A stretch of 63,742 nt of DNA, the filler included, from Folioceros fuciformis (lineage: Eukaryota), in assembly GCA_049999805.1 (NCBI GenBank). It is 9 parts of 9 records of this genome, joined end to end, with 100 filler letters (N's around TTAATTAATTAA, not from the genome) between each part and the next. Parts side by side here need not be neighbours in the genome. Positions count along the whole stretch, not along the records: positions 33,281 to 46,823 come from JBNGIO010005105.1; positions 46,924 to 50,337 come from JBNGIO010005106.1; 7 more parts are not named here. One strand, given 5' to 3'. Below the pieces are notes generated by a model. That model had not been told where the DNA came from and did not search any database. It was given only the letters and a program-made list of their open reading frames with translations. The position numbers and the translations under genes are program-made. Of the stretch, positions 36,668 to 49,362 are shown one piece after another (within the stretch, counting starts at the first letter, position 1; each line of letters starts with the position of its first letter).

Positions 36668-39495
36668 GTCGAGAAAGTTCCGATCATTGGTTTCTTGATT
36701 CTGGAGCTAGTGCACATGTGTGTAACAATCATCAGCTCTTCTCAACATATCACAAACAAACAATGCCACAATCTATGTTTGTTGGTGACTCACGTGGTGT
36801 TGGTAAAAGGGGTAGGTGTCGTTAACATTCCTTTGCTAGATGGCACCACTCTGCATCTAGAAGATGTCTTGTATGTTTCGGCCATGAGTAAAAACTTGTT
36901 GTCCATAAGAGCTATTGCACAGAGTAAGTTGTATGGGTTCCGTTTTGAGGACAGAAAGTGTTATATGTATCACTTGTCACACCCTGATAAGCACATAGCA
37001 AAGGCAATTTTGGTTAATGACTTGTCAACTAGTCACAGTTGCTAAGTCTAAGGCTAAAGCCTTGTTTGCTGCTTTTAATGTTGAGGCTAACCTTTGGCAT
37101 GCTAGGCTTCGACATGTTAACGGGGCTAAGTTAGACCTCATGTCGAACTCCAATCTCTATCAAGAGAAATTGCCTAGTTGCTTCAAGCATCTGTCAACAT
37201 ATGCTCCTTGTATTTTGTCAAAACAAAACGAGCAGCCCTTCAGAAATAAGGAGCCTACACGGGCTAAAGAGATTCTGGAGCTGATACACGCTGACATAGT
37301 AGGCAAATTACCTGTCAAGAGCTTAGGTGGCCCTGAATATTATCTGTCTTTGACTGATGACTACTCCAGAGACACTTGGACCTTTCACTCAAGCTGAAGA
37401 GCGATGTCTTTGAACACATCTCCAGTTGGATTCACATGGTTCAGAGGCAGACAGGAAAGTTAGTGAAGTGCTTTAGAACAGACAATGGAGCAGAGTTTAT
37501 AGGTCACAAGTTTGACGACCTGTTTGAGTAGTTTGGCATCACATGGCAACTTTATGTTCCTTATACACAACAGCAGAACGGGGTTGCCGAAAGGAAGGAC
37601 CAGACGTTGATGGGGATGACAAGGAGTATGCTGTCTTGGGCCTCTCTACCTAAATCCTATTGGGCAGAGGCTGTAGTAGCAGCTACCTACATCCACAATC
37701 GAGTTGTTACATTAGCTGTTCCAAACAAAACTCCCTATGAAGCTTTCTGTGGTAGAAAACCAAGTCTGAAGCACTTACGTGTTTTTGGGTCTCCTGCGTA
37801 TGCTTACATACCTGAACCTAAACGCAACAAGTTAGAAAACAGGGCCAAGCGCCTAGTGTTTGTAGGTTATTCTGAAGAGCCTAAAGCCTACAAGCTACTT
37901 GACCCTGAGACTTCGAAGATAACTTTAACATGTAGTGTTACTTTTGACGAGTTGCTCAGCCCTCAGATTGCACAGTCCTCTAATCCCTTATTACATTAAG
38001 ATAAAGCATCATCATCAGATAAGGTAGGAAACTTATCTGATTATCCACAGTCTGATGGAGAAGCTCCCGATCCTATAGATCACGCTGAACTAGATTATCA
38101 GTTAGGCCTACAGGCTCTTGTTGATGGTGCACATCACAATCCTCAGCCAGATGTTGCAAACTATGAGGGGGATGTTCCACCTGAATAGGATGCAGTTGTT
38201 GTTGACCTTGCAGAGGAGGAAACTTTTGATGACCCTCCAGCAATTCTGGCTCCAAACTCACCGAGGTACCCTGTACGCGAAAGGAGGTCACAAGATCAGT
38301 GGTTAGAAACACCTTACCAGTCTATTGGTTTCAGAAGACCAGCTGCTCATGTCACAAACATACATGTCCCTGAGGTGAGGCCTGATCCTTAGTCATATGA
38401 TGAAGCTTTAAAGGGACCTGACGGTGCACATTGGCGTGCCTCTATTGATGACGAATACAACAGTCTAGTTAAAAATAACACTTGGGAACTTGCCGATCTC
38501 CCACCAAGCAGGAAGCCTATCACCTGCAAGTGGGTGTTCAAAACTAAGCTACAGGCTGATGGGACAATAGCACACTATAAGAGTAGACTTGTAGCTAGGG
38601 GGTTTTCTCATATACCTGGAATTGACTATGGTGACACCTTTTCTCTAGTTGTGAAACCACCCTTTGCCCGCATCCTTCTTGCTCTGGCAGCAGAACTTGA
38701 CTTGGAACTTCACCAGATGGATGTCTGTACGGCGTTCTTACATGGTGAGCTAGAGGACGTTCTCTACATGGTGCAACCCCAGGGTTTTGTTAGCAAGAAG
38801 TGGCCAAACAAGGTCTGTAAATTATTGAAGACCATATATGGCCTTAAGCAGAGCCCTCGAGCATGGTTTAAACGCATCATGAAGTTTCTTTGTAAATCAG
38901 GGTTTGCACAATCACCAGTAGATAGCAATGTGTTTTACTTATCTAAGGGAGGTCTCTTTGTTGTGCTAGCATTGTATGTTGATGATGCTATACTCTTAAG
39001 CAACAACACGGTACAGCTTGATAAGGTGAAGGCTCTCCTTCGTAGTGAGTTTGAGATGACAAACTAGGGTCCTCTTCAGTTTTGCCTTGGAATCAGATTC
39101 TGCGAGACCGAGATCAGGGTGTTATTACCCTACATCAGATTAAATATATCAAGGAGATTTTAAAGAGGTTCAACTTACATGTGGCCCAGCCTGTCACTAC
39201 TCCATGTGTTGTTGGCGAGAAGCTTACAACAGCTCAGTCACCTTGCACAACAGAGGAGGAAGAACATATGTCCAGTGTTCCATATGTTGAGGTTGTAAGG
39301 TGCCTGATTTTTTTGGCTAATTGGACTCGTCCCGACATTAGTTTTGTTGTTAGCGTTGTTGCCCAGTTCATGCAACACCCAGGTTCTCATCATTGGGCTG
39401 CTGTCAAGCGCATCTACCGCTATCTGAAAGGGACAATCACCTATGGCCTATGCTATACTGCTAGTGGCAAGTGCGAGTTCTTACTTACTGCCTTC
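36668..39495 (+). mobile_element. Degenerate Ty1/copia pol (PR, INT, RT)
   Basis: WFLDSGASAHVC, LWHARLRH, LELIHADIVG, RTDNGAEF, QQNGVAER, KSRLVARGF, QMDVCTAFLHG, LYVDDAI. Confidence 0.92.
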
Positions 39496-42400
39496 TGTCA
39501 TGACTTAGAAAGTCTGTTAGAGTTTTGCATCTATGTGAACTTGCTGTGTAGATCGTGGTTACGCAAGATGTTTACTCAAGATAGATAAGTTCGAAGAAAG
39601 GATAAATCTCTTGCGTTTTGACCAAAGAAATAGTTGACGAGTGGAAAGTTCGCACAAAGGAACAATTGGACAGAGCGCGTTTTAGTGGTTAATTTTGTGT
39701 ACGGTTGAGAATGGTTTAGGAATGACCATCCAAGTTGTTGGTAACGGAATGTAGGGAGTACATAGCGATCGGGAGTGAATGATAAGACATTCTTTTGATA
39801 GTTCGCTTAGAAAGCTTGATATAGAGAACTACGCACAAAGTGTTATAGAATCATCCATTTTAAAAGCTCATGGTAGACTAAGCAATTGAATCATAGGTTT
39901 TGCATTACAACTTTGCATATGCACAAATCTCTGCCTAGAAGAACGATGCAATGCCATGACGCAAAGCAGAGTCAGCTTGACATCTTAAAACTTGTTATAA
40001 TAAAAAAGAATGAAGTTCTTGAACATTAGAAATTGAGCATGTGTATGGGTTTCTCATGTTTTGGGAGCAAAGTGTTTTGTTTGTGAAAAGGGTAGCTAGG
40101 TGAGAGTGTTGTGGCGGTGCTGCAAAGTATTGTTTAGTTTCAGTTTATGTGATCGAATGGGTAGCCTTGTTGAAGTTTGAAGGGTTTGGAAAGTTTGTAA
40201 GCGTGATTGTGGAGAAGGGTTAGGCATTGAGTAGGCTAGAGGGATTGTGGGAGTGTTAGTGGAGCAAGTTTTCTAAAAGTTTTGTCTAGGGATGAAAGTT
40301 GCCAAGGTCAAAATGTGTTGGGTTGAGGTATGAGCAAAGTTTTTCTTTCATCCTGTTGAAAGATGAAGAGAGAGAGAGGTTGTCCCGTAGTACTGGAGAG
40401 GGAATTTAAGGCGATGGAGCGTGAGGCAGCGGGGCAGTGCATGAGGAGAACTTTGCGGAGAAAGGAAAGCAGTGGAAGGCGCAGCTATGGGGGGCAAGGG
40501 GAAGGAGCTTGCCGGAGGTTCGGGAGCTTCTAGGGCACGAAGCAAGAAGCAAGCAAAAGGTCGCTCCGGAGCAGCGATTGCGGCCAGGGTCACGAAGGCT
40601 CAACTTCTCCAGCAGCTTGAAGAATAGAAGGCAGAGTTGGAAAGGCTCAGGTGCGGCCTGAGTCCTAGGTTGGAAAGATTGAGAGACGTGGTGACAAATG
40701 TATGTGGACCACCTGTGTTGCCTGCGGTGATGGGTAGCCCAACTGTATCTCAGTCGGAGGGAACGGGAAAGACTTGCGCGGGGAAGTTGGGAGAAGCAAA
40801 TGTCATTGTGTTGACAGATCACGAGCAAGAAAAAGGGGCGCGGTGTGATTGCGGTGAGGTTTTGCCGAAGGGGTTGCTGCCGATAGCGTGCGAGCAAGAA
40901 AGCGTGGCAGAGCTGGCAAGAAGTGCTCCGCCAAAAGTTCAGGGGGTTGAAAAAGTTGCAGCGTTTCCAAGAAACGGGAAGGAGGCAGTGCATGCGTCTG
41001 GAGAGGAGAGCGAGCCGCCAAAGAATGATGCGCCAGTAGCATGCAAGGCAGGAGAGGAAGGTGGGCTTTCGGTAGGAGTCCTTCCGGTGACGTTGGTAGG
41101 AGGGGTCGAAAGCATACTGTTGGGAGAGGGTTTTTTAGGGGTGTTGACAAAGGGGAAGGAGGGTGCGACACCAGGGGAGAGTTTCATGGCAGCATTGTTA
41201 GCATGCAAGGAAGACGCGCCTAGGGAGAGCGAGTTGTCGAAGGAAGGCTCTTTAGCAGGCAAGGGGCTCACATCGAAGGAAAGTGTTATTTCCAGGATGG
41301 GATTTTTTGGCAACGCCAACAGTAGGCAAGGAAGATACGCTACCAAAGGGAAGTTTTTCTGTGGTGCTAACAGCAAGAGAGGAAGATGCGCTGCCAAAGG
41401 GAAGCCTTTTTGTGGTGCTGACAGCAAGAGAGGAAGACGCGCCGCCAAGGGGCTTTGCGGTAGTTGTAGCAACAGGAGTGGGAGACGAATTCTTAGAGAA
41501 GGTGTCGCCAGTAGCATAGGCGACTGAGGGAGGTGGTGGGTTGCTAGCGAAGGGTTTTGCAGCAGCGCACGCGGTGGACGAAGGGCCTACCAGCGGAATT
41601 TACTTACCCGATAGTTGCACCTGCAACACTAGACGCCGAGTTGGTGCAGGAGGAGGTTTCGCCAGTAGCGCTGCCAAGGCCGAGGCAAAGACGGTTGCTG
41701 GAATACAATTCCTCGTCTCAAGAGGTGAGCAGCGCCAGCAAGGAGTTGACAAGGGAGGAGCAGAAAACGGCTACAAAACCGCGAGAAGTGGACGTTGGAG
41801 CGGAAGAAGAATTTTGTGGTGGTGATCAGGATTCTTTGCCACTTCAATGGAATTTGCTGCAGACGCATAGGTTTTCCAGAGAGGAGCTGCAATAGTTGCG
41901 AGAGGAGACAGAGTGGGAGGTGGAGGAACTTGCGACAGAGATCGCTGAGCGGATAGCAGAGAGAGCCAGGCTTGCAGTGCTGCTAAAGGATTTGCGAACA
42001 AGGGAAGTGGAGAAGAGGCATCAGTTGGAGGAGATTGTCTCCACAAAGTTGCTGTCCGAAGGGGGAGCGACTTCCGTTTTCAGCACACTCAAAGGCAGAT
42101 AGTTGGATGTCGCCTATGAGGTTATAACTAGGCAGTTTCAGCAGCTCAAAAAGAGCGAGTCGCCACAGGTGAAGGGCAGAGTGGGGAGCAAGCGAAAAGC
42201 TTCAAAGGGGCCTAGATGGGTTGAAGACTATCACGAGCGGGACCCGCCCAGGAGGAGCTCAAGTTATCAAGCCAAAAGAGGAAAGACATATCGAAGGGGC
42301 TTCGCCAGATGGAAGGTTGGTGAGGGTGCAGTAACTGGGGACCTTCTTGTGAGAAGGTCTAAGAGACTTAAGTTAGAAAAGTTTGAATCAGAAGCTGCAG

Positions 42401-45185
42401 TTGATCATGTTAGCGTGAAAACGATAAGTAGCAGCAAGGAGGGAGGGTCTGTGATATAGAGACAACCCAGTAGTGAGGCGAGGTTAAAGTTTTGTTTGTG
42501 TGTAAAAGCTTCTTGGAAATATTAAGTGGAACTTGCCATTTGGCAGGGTAGAAATAGCTTGTGAGTCTTTGTTGCTATAAGAGTGGCAAAAGTTGTGCAG
42601 AGGAGGTTCGACTGGATGAAGAGCGTGGACTGAAGAAGAACAATGGAGAAACAGAAGAAGAGAAAAGAGAATTAAGTGATCAAGTTTTGAAAAAGGATCA
42701 GGAACTTAGCAAGGAGGAAGAAGAAGAAAAGGAGAGAAGACAGCAAAGTTTGCGACGTCTTATAATAGGGTGTTCCAAACCGGGTAGCTGGAGCCAACTT
42801 GATGTATTTTGTGATGACCTAATAGTGTTTGGAAGACATTTTTCAGATGTAAAACGTTTAGTAGCGAGTTTAAGAAGAAGAGAGGGAGAAGTGAACTTAG
42901 TGTGGAATGCTACAAGACGTCCAGTTTTTGAGCTAGTATATTCAACATTGTTTCCGTGTTGGTTTGGATACAAACCGGTGTAAAGCTTGATTAGCTGTAA
43001 AAGTTATCAGACTCTAGTGTGTTAATTTTTATTTGAAGTGGTGCTGAACATTTAAGATGAGGATACCTATGTCCAAGGGTGTAAGAGTAAGGCGGGCAAG
43101 TGTGAGGCAAGCGTGTGTATTGCCTAAATCGAGAAGTGGGACTGATGGTGTAAAAGTTGAGAGAGTTGAGAAAAGGGTGATAGAAGATAAGAGTGCAGAT
43201 AGAGGATTTAAGAAAAAGGCTGGGCGGCCAAAAATGAATATTAAAGGAGGAAACGTTAAAGGTCTGGGGAGGAGTTACGTCTCAGGCAGTGCATTGGATG
43301 AGGAAGGAGGAAATTTGCATAGAGCGAGTGCTTTGGGTAGAGAGATGGAGGGAGAAGTTGGAAATGCAAATCTTGGTGGGGACACAAATAAGAGATATAA
43401 AACATGTGAAGGAGTAGAAACAAGAGAAGGGAGACTACAACTGTCTGACGAGGAGTGAAGGTATTTGTGCAAGGAAAGAGGGTTTGTAATCAAAGATAAA
43501 GAACTTGTTATGGATGTACAAAACCGGTCTGTGGAGCTTATGGAGGTGCAAGGACAGCCATGAGAAGTAAATGACATGGGAAAGTTGGTGAGAAGACCAG
43601 AAAGCCAAATATTGAGCTTGTCAACTGAGAAAACTTTTGGGTTGGAAAGAAAGGGCAGAGGGGGAGTAGTATTGCCTGCAAAAAGTGAGAAGTATTCAGG
43701 GCATCCCAAGTCATCGGTGTCTATTAATCAGCTAATGTGTATGTTTTATATGATTAAGTTGCAGGAGTGTGGAGGTGAGGACATTGAGTTAGATCCTAGA
43801 TATAAATTTTCTTTGTTAGGGAACTTGTTGTGTGGAGATGCTTACAAGTTTTATCTAAGAAGTTTCATGGATTTGGTGGTGACTAGTAAGCATGCTGAGC
43901 CAGTAAAAGAATTCTTCATTCGGTTGGAAATGAGATTTCCATCGGTTAATGCTATGAAGATAGAAGAGTTAGCAAACTTGAAGAGAAAACCTGATGAAAC
44001 GACGCTTATGTTTTATAATCAAACTAGCCAGTTGGTGACAGATACAAGGATGCACAATGAGATGGAAGTGTGCTTTAAATACATTTGCAATCTGGATGAG
44101 GATATCAAGGAGGATGTTTTTAGAGAGTTGACGGCACTGTATGGTAAAACATACACATTGGATCAGGTGTTCCCAATTGCAGAAAAAACATGAGCAGGCA
44201 AGAGCGTTGCTAAAGGCTATGGGAAGAAAAGTTGGAACAGACAGGAGAGGAGGTGCATTTTCAGCAACAATCCCTCGACATAATTATTCACCTAATTGGA
44301 GATTAACTTGGCAACTGTTGTTTATGAACAGCAAGTAGATTGTAGTAGGCGCACGCGCGCTAGAGACATGTAGGCGAGGAAGCGATAGAATTAAGAATAG
44401 AATTAGATGGTGAAACGACGTTCGTGTGTCTTTCACATGACACGGCAGTTACCAACTACCAACCGTCAACGTGCCCTAAAAATAAATGAAACTATTCATA
44501 TCTACTCGCCTAACCCTAATACACTTATTATTTAATACAATGATTATTTAAAGGGTAAGCGAATCCTCATCCAACAGCAACAACAATCGAACATGTCAAG
44601 AGTGGACAATAGGTATTTGAAACCTGTCATGAATGTAGAGGCAGAAAAGGGGATAAAGTGCTTGTGCTGTGGAAGTGGTACACATGTGATGATGGCGTGT
44701 TTAATTAAGAGGGATGTGGGCTGTAAACATTGTGGAAAGAAAGGTCATTTGGAGAAATTCCGTTGGCAAAAGTACGCATCTCTCAAGCCTACAAAGTTGG
44801 TCTTAAGGGGCAGAATATTAAGAATGTAAGGCAGGTGCAAAGAGCAGGAGGAAATTAATTTGGGGGATCCAGTGGAGATGACTTGGGTCAGATGGACAAG
44901 TCTCACAGATTTTTAGAGTTACATATAGCAGATTTGAAAGCTGAAATCGATAGGTTGAAGGCAATTAGTAGCCAGAATAGTGGAGTCAAGATCAAGGAGG
45001 TTAAAACAATGGAGAAAAGGATAGATTTGGGTGAGGAGGAGGAGGAGGAGGAGGAGGAGGCTTATAAGGAGTTTCTACGAGATGCATTTGTTTGTGAGGT
45101 CACCAAGAACATCATCCGCACGAGAAAGATTACCCAGGATAATATATTGTTTAACCTCCAAGTAACTACTCCATATGGACTTGAA
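39496..45185 (+). mobile_element. 5' part of a large degenerate gypsy-like element: LTR-like start, extra upstream ORF remnants (40400-43450), gag remnant (43576-44193) and zinc knuckles (44660-44770)
   Basis: Starts TGTCATGAC, interrupting copia RT. Gag-like FFIRLEMRFP...ELANLKRKPDETTLMFY; CLCCGSGTHVMMAC and CKHCGKKGH. Confidence 0.6.
44316..44576. mobile_element. Solo LTR (261 bp) with 5-bp TSD GCAAC
   Basis: TGTTG...CAACA termini; GCAAC at 44311-44315 and 44577-44581. Confidence 0.85.
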
Positions 45186-46823
45186 GAGTGGGGAGCATTC
45201 TGCAGTATCGAGTAACGGTTTGTCAGCCAGAATGTTGTCTATAGATCCTCTTCCCCTGGAGACAGCTTGGGTGTAGTCCAGATGCTGTGTTAGGAGACTC
45301 TTCCAAGGATAGTATGCTAGATCAACTGCCCTGACAACCCATTGCGCATGCAAAACTTTCATCTTGGCAACCGGGTCCACCACCCCGAGACCCCCCAGAC
45401 CATCTGCCTGAATAATATGCTACCAAGCCACTTCAAAGCACCTAGCCATACTATCCCCCGAGCATTTCCACAGGAAAGAGGTCAGCACCTGTTGTAAGCG
45501 CTTCACCTCTATCTTGGAAAGGGCCCACAAAAACAGATAATACCATAAAGAGGCAGTAAGGATATGATTAATCACCACCAGCCTACCTGCTAGATTGAGC
45601 TCCAGCAACTACAAACTAGCCGCTTTGCGAATGAACCTGAGGTAGACGTATTTCCCTATCTCCCCATTCTCATCCCCCGCTTGGAAAGGAAGCCCCAAAT
45701 ACTTGTGGGTAGACCGCAGAGTCACTCGCTTAATGTGATTAATACACTGAGGAAGCTCCCCATCCATGTGAAGACACATCATGCGCGTCTTGTTCCAATT
45801 CACCTTACAGCCCAATAGCTCCCCAAAGACCTTAACTTGTTGGAGCAACGCTTTTCAGGAGGCCTCCTCCGCCGAGGAAAAGAGGAGAGTATCGTCTGCA
45901 AATGCACAGACCCTTAGCTGTGTTCCATCTAGGTTCCGAATGCCCACCACTGCCGGGTCTTGCTTGACTGGTCTGAGAAAGAAGTTAGTGACAATAATAA
46001 ATAAGAATGGAGCAAGGGGGCAACCCTGACGTACCGATCGAGAGATGCCAAAGCGCTCCGTAAAAGACCCATTTACAGCCACCTTGGCTCTTGCATCTTC
46101 ACACAAAATGGCTATCCATCTGCAGAAATTATTCCCGAACTTGAAGCTACGCAGGCAACGCCACAGGAAATGGCACTCAACAGAATCATAAGCCTTGTAA
46201 ACGTCAAGGGAAATAAAAAAGGTGGCTTTCTTCTATACCTGAATGTTGTACTTAGCTTCCCTCAGGAGCAGGAGGTTGTCCAGGATGCACCTATTTTGAA
46301 TGAACCCTCGATGCACCTATTTTGAATGAACCCTCGATGCACCTATTTTGAGTGAACCCTCGCTGCTCTTTCTCAATCCAATCATCAAGAAATGGTGTAA
46401 TTCGGTTAGCTAGTACCTTAGCAATCACCTTGTACGTGGTAGTGAGCAAGGTAATCGGACGCCAATTGGAGATTGATAAACTGGCATCTTGCTTAGGAAG
46501 GAGGGAGATAACCCCCATATTGAACTAGCTCCCCATGCTACCTTCCTCCCAAAACATATTGACTGCCTCCATAAAAAACAGCTGCATAAATTCCCACCCC
46601 CAGAGCAGGAACTCAGGAGGAATACCATCATGCCCTAGGGATTTCTCCCTTGGCATCCCCTTCAGGGCCTGGAACACCTCATCAGTAGTTATTGGCTTAT
46701 CTAGAGCCCTGCGCTGGTCCTCGGACACTTAAGCCGAAAGTGCGCCATGTGAAGAAGACCAAAGCCATTCCCACCCTGCCACCTTCCCAACACTGGAGAA
46801 AATGCCAACAAAGAAGAGGGTAA
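45186..46823 (-). mobile_element. LINE-1 ORF2 reverse transcriptase fragment, degenerate
   Basis: KSLGHDGIPPEF, NWRPITLLTTTYKVIAK, VRQGCPLAPFLF, CAFADDTLLF, KYLGLPF, GRLVVIN. Confidence 0.92.
46284..46362 (+). repeat. 3 x 26-bp tandem repeat that frameshifts the L1 RT
   Basis: GATGCACCTATTTTGA(A/G)TGAACCCTC x3. Confidence 0.9.
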
Positions 46824-46923
46824 NNNNNNNNNNNNNNNNNNNNNNNNNNNNNNNNNNNNNNNNNNNNTTAATTAATTAANNNNNNNNNNNNNNNNNNNNN
46901 NNNNNNNNNNNNNNNNNNNNNNN

Positions 46924-47299
46924 AATCAATAGCTTGTAGATCCCTTACTCCCTCATACTTATCTGGCACGACCAACTTCAAATTTGCCCTCGGAATTGCT
47001 TCGAAGATATGAAAAGGATCTTGATTGTCTTTCGCTTCCTCATTTTGTAGAGCTATAGGTTGTGGATCCTTCCTTGCCTTTTTCCGAGATGCTGTCAAAT
47101 CTTGGAGAACTTTCGGCAATACTTCGGGGAGAATTTGTCGTAAAGCGACCATCATCTGCGTCTTCCAATCTTCAGATTTGTCTCCGGATGGTCCTGCTGA
47201 GTCGGAAGGCGGCATCTCCTTGCCTTGATTTTCCTCGAGTTGTTGAGGCGGGGGATTAGGAGAAACCTCTCGTATTTGCATCCTCTGGCGCTTAGCCAT
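46924..47299 (-). mobile_element. gag: Ty3/gypsy gag N-terminus (runs off the contig)
   Basis: MAKRQRMQ...LKLVVPDKYEGVRDLQAID, a typical gag P..Y.G.RD motif, just downstream of an LTR. Confidence 0.7.
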
Positions 47300-47332
47300 C
47301 TTGGAGGAATAGACTATGCTCTGAGCTCTATC

Positions 47333-47932
47333 AGTAACGCCCCCTTCCTTGTGTAGCGTAAAAGGAAGCAACGGCCTTGAATCTCGTCTAAACACTCCGC
47401 AGCGCTCCACTTACAAATCACTCACTCCCTCTCACACGACTCAGCACTAGGCTCCAAGTAGCCCGCCGTCCACTGTCGACTCGCAGACCACCTCCTCTGG
47501 GTGCTGCTCTTTATTCCAGATACTTACAAAAGAGTCTGGCGATCTACGCCCCACTGGCTACTGCCCTAGACTCTATCTGACAAGCTTGCTCTTCAAGCCC
47601 TCCACAGCTATGCCTCAAGGCTAGACTTCTCACTGTCTGCCTCTTTGTGTATCAGTGTATCACCGTATCCTTAAGAACCTAACATTGGCCTATTTATACT
47701 CCACAGCTAAGCCATTGTTAGAGCTGGGAATGATACACACCACTCATCTTAGAATACTAGTGGTCATTACAACTCCATCCTTCTTAGGAGGTTTTGCCTA
47801 GAACACACATTTTGTTTCCAAAGGCAGCAAGAAGCATACTTGCTTCTTCATCAACACAGCTCTAGATTTAGCTTTCACCTTTCTACTTTTAACTTTCACC
47901 TTGTTTCACTTATGCCACCTTATGCCATTACT
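47333..47932 (-). repeat. Gypsy LTR (~600 bp) with apparent AGTAA...TTACT termini; PPT at 47933-47942
   Basis: Minus-strand GGGGAGAGAG directly before it; TATAAATAGG at ~47688-47699; lies between the pol end and the gag start. Confidence 0.65.
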
Positions 47933-47963
47933 CTCTCTCCCCACTAGGAAGATGTCATTGTCC

Positions 47964-49362
47964 TCAATGACCTGCAGTATAACGTGAGATCATCCATGAT
48001 CCTTGTTGCACATCTTGAAGTGAAACCCAGACAGGATCTACAAAATCACGAAGTCTTACTAGATACTCTAGAACATTACCATGGACAGAAGGCACTTCTC
48101 TTTCTGCTAGAAATTCAACAATCTCTTGCAGACTATGGTTATATTGAACCAGGATAACATAGTCTTTCCTGTTCATGTCTTCATTCTCTTTCGAAATCAC
48201 AAACGGTTTCAACAAAGAGACATGAAACACATAATGAGAGAAGATCCAATTAGGTAGTTGTAGTTTGTAAGCCACATTCCCAATGCGCTTCAGAACTACG
48301 AAAGGACCTCCATACTTAGGCCTTAACTTTGAGGACAATCCTTGAGGTAGTGGGAAGTGTTTCAACTTTACCCAAACCTTGTCACCCACTTGAAATTCTG
48401 CCTCTTTCATGTGCCTATCAACAAACTTCTTTTGCCTATCTTGAGCTTTGGCCAAAATCCTCTTAGCAATTTCATGCCTGGCCCTTAATTGCTCAATAAA
48501 TTCACGTGGCTCTCTTGTTGCTGTCTCAAACACGTCAGCATTCAACATGGAAACTGCGTCCATTGCTTCGTTACCTGTCATCTGAAAAGGTGTATAGCCT
48601 GTGGAGCTATGTATAGTATTGTTATAACAAAACTCTGCATCCTCAAGATGATTACTCCAGTTCCTCTGGTCCATCTGTACATAGTGTCGTAAGTATTCCT
48701 CTTGGATTCTGTTTACCCTTTCTATAGATCCATCTGTATCAGGGTGATATGCTGTGCTTAAACATAGTTGCACTCCCAAGCTCTTCATAAGCTGTTGCCA
48801 AATTCCCGCTGTGAATCTGGGATCTCTATCACTCACAATTTGCATAGGCAATCCATGTAACACATAGATATGCTTCTTAAACAATTGAGCAACTTCTAAA
48901 GCCTTCACTTGCTTCTTCGTGGGGATAAAGTGTGCTTGCTTGCTGAACCTATCAACAACTGTCATGATAGCTGTGTATCCATTACTGGGTGGCAATGGCA
49001 TAACAAAATCCATTGATATATTCTTCCAAGGCCCACTTGGAATAGGCAGGGGTTGAAACAAACCTCGTGGATTTGTCTGCTCTACTTTATCCTGCTGACA
49101 ATCTACACAAGACTTCACATACTCTATAGCATGTTTGTACATTCCAGGCCAGTAAAACAGCTTTTTCAACTTCTCATAAGTTGTGTCAATTCCCCGATAA
49201 CCAGAACTTAGCACATCGTGACATTCTGCAAGCAACTTTTTTCTCAACTCTTGAGAATCAGGAATCACAATCCTGTTTTGCTTGAACATTAACAAGCCTT
49301 TTCTAAGCTTAAACTTAGACCCCGGTTGCTCTATCTCGTTGATCCAATCTTGCACTAATGGA
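47964..49362 (-). mobile_element. Ty3/gypsy integrase with GPY/F motif and degenerate chromodomain, 5'-interrupted by a copia LTR
   Basis: FYWPGM...CVDCQ, ISMDFV, VVDRFSK, IVSDRDPRF, AYHPDTDG, KYGGPFVVL, VFHVSLLK, LEYLVR...VWV. Confidence 0.92.
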
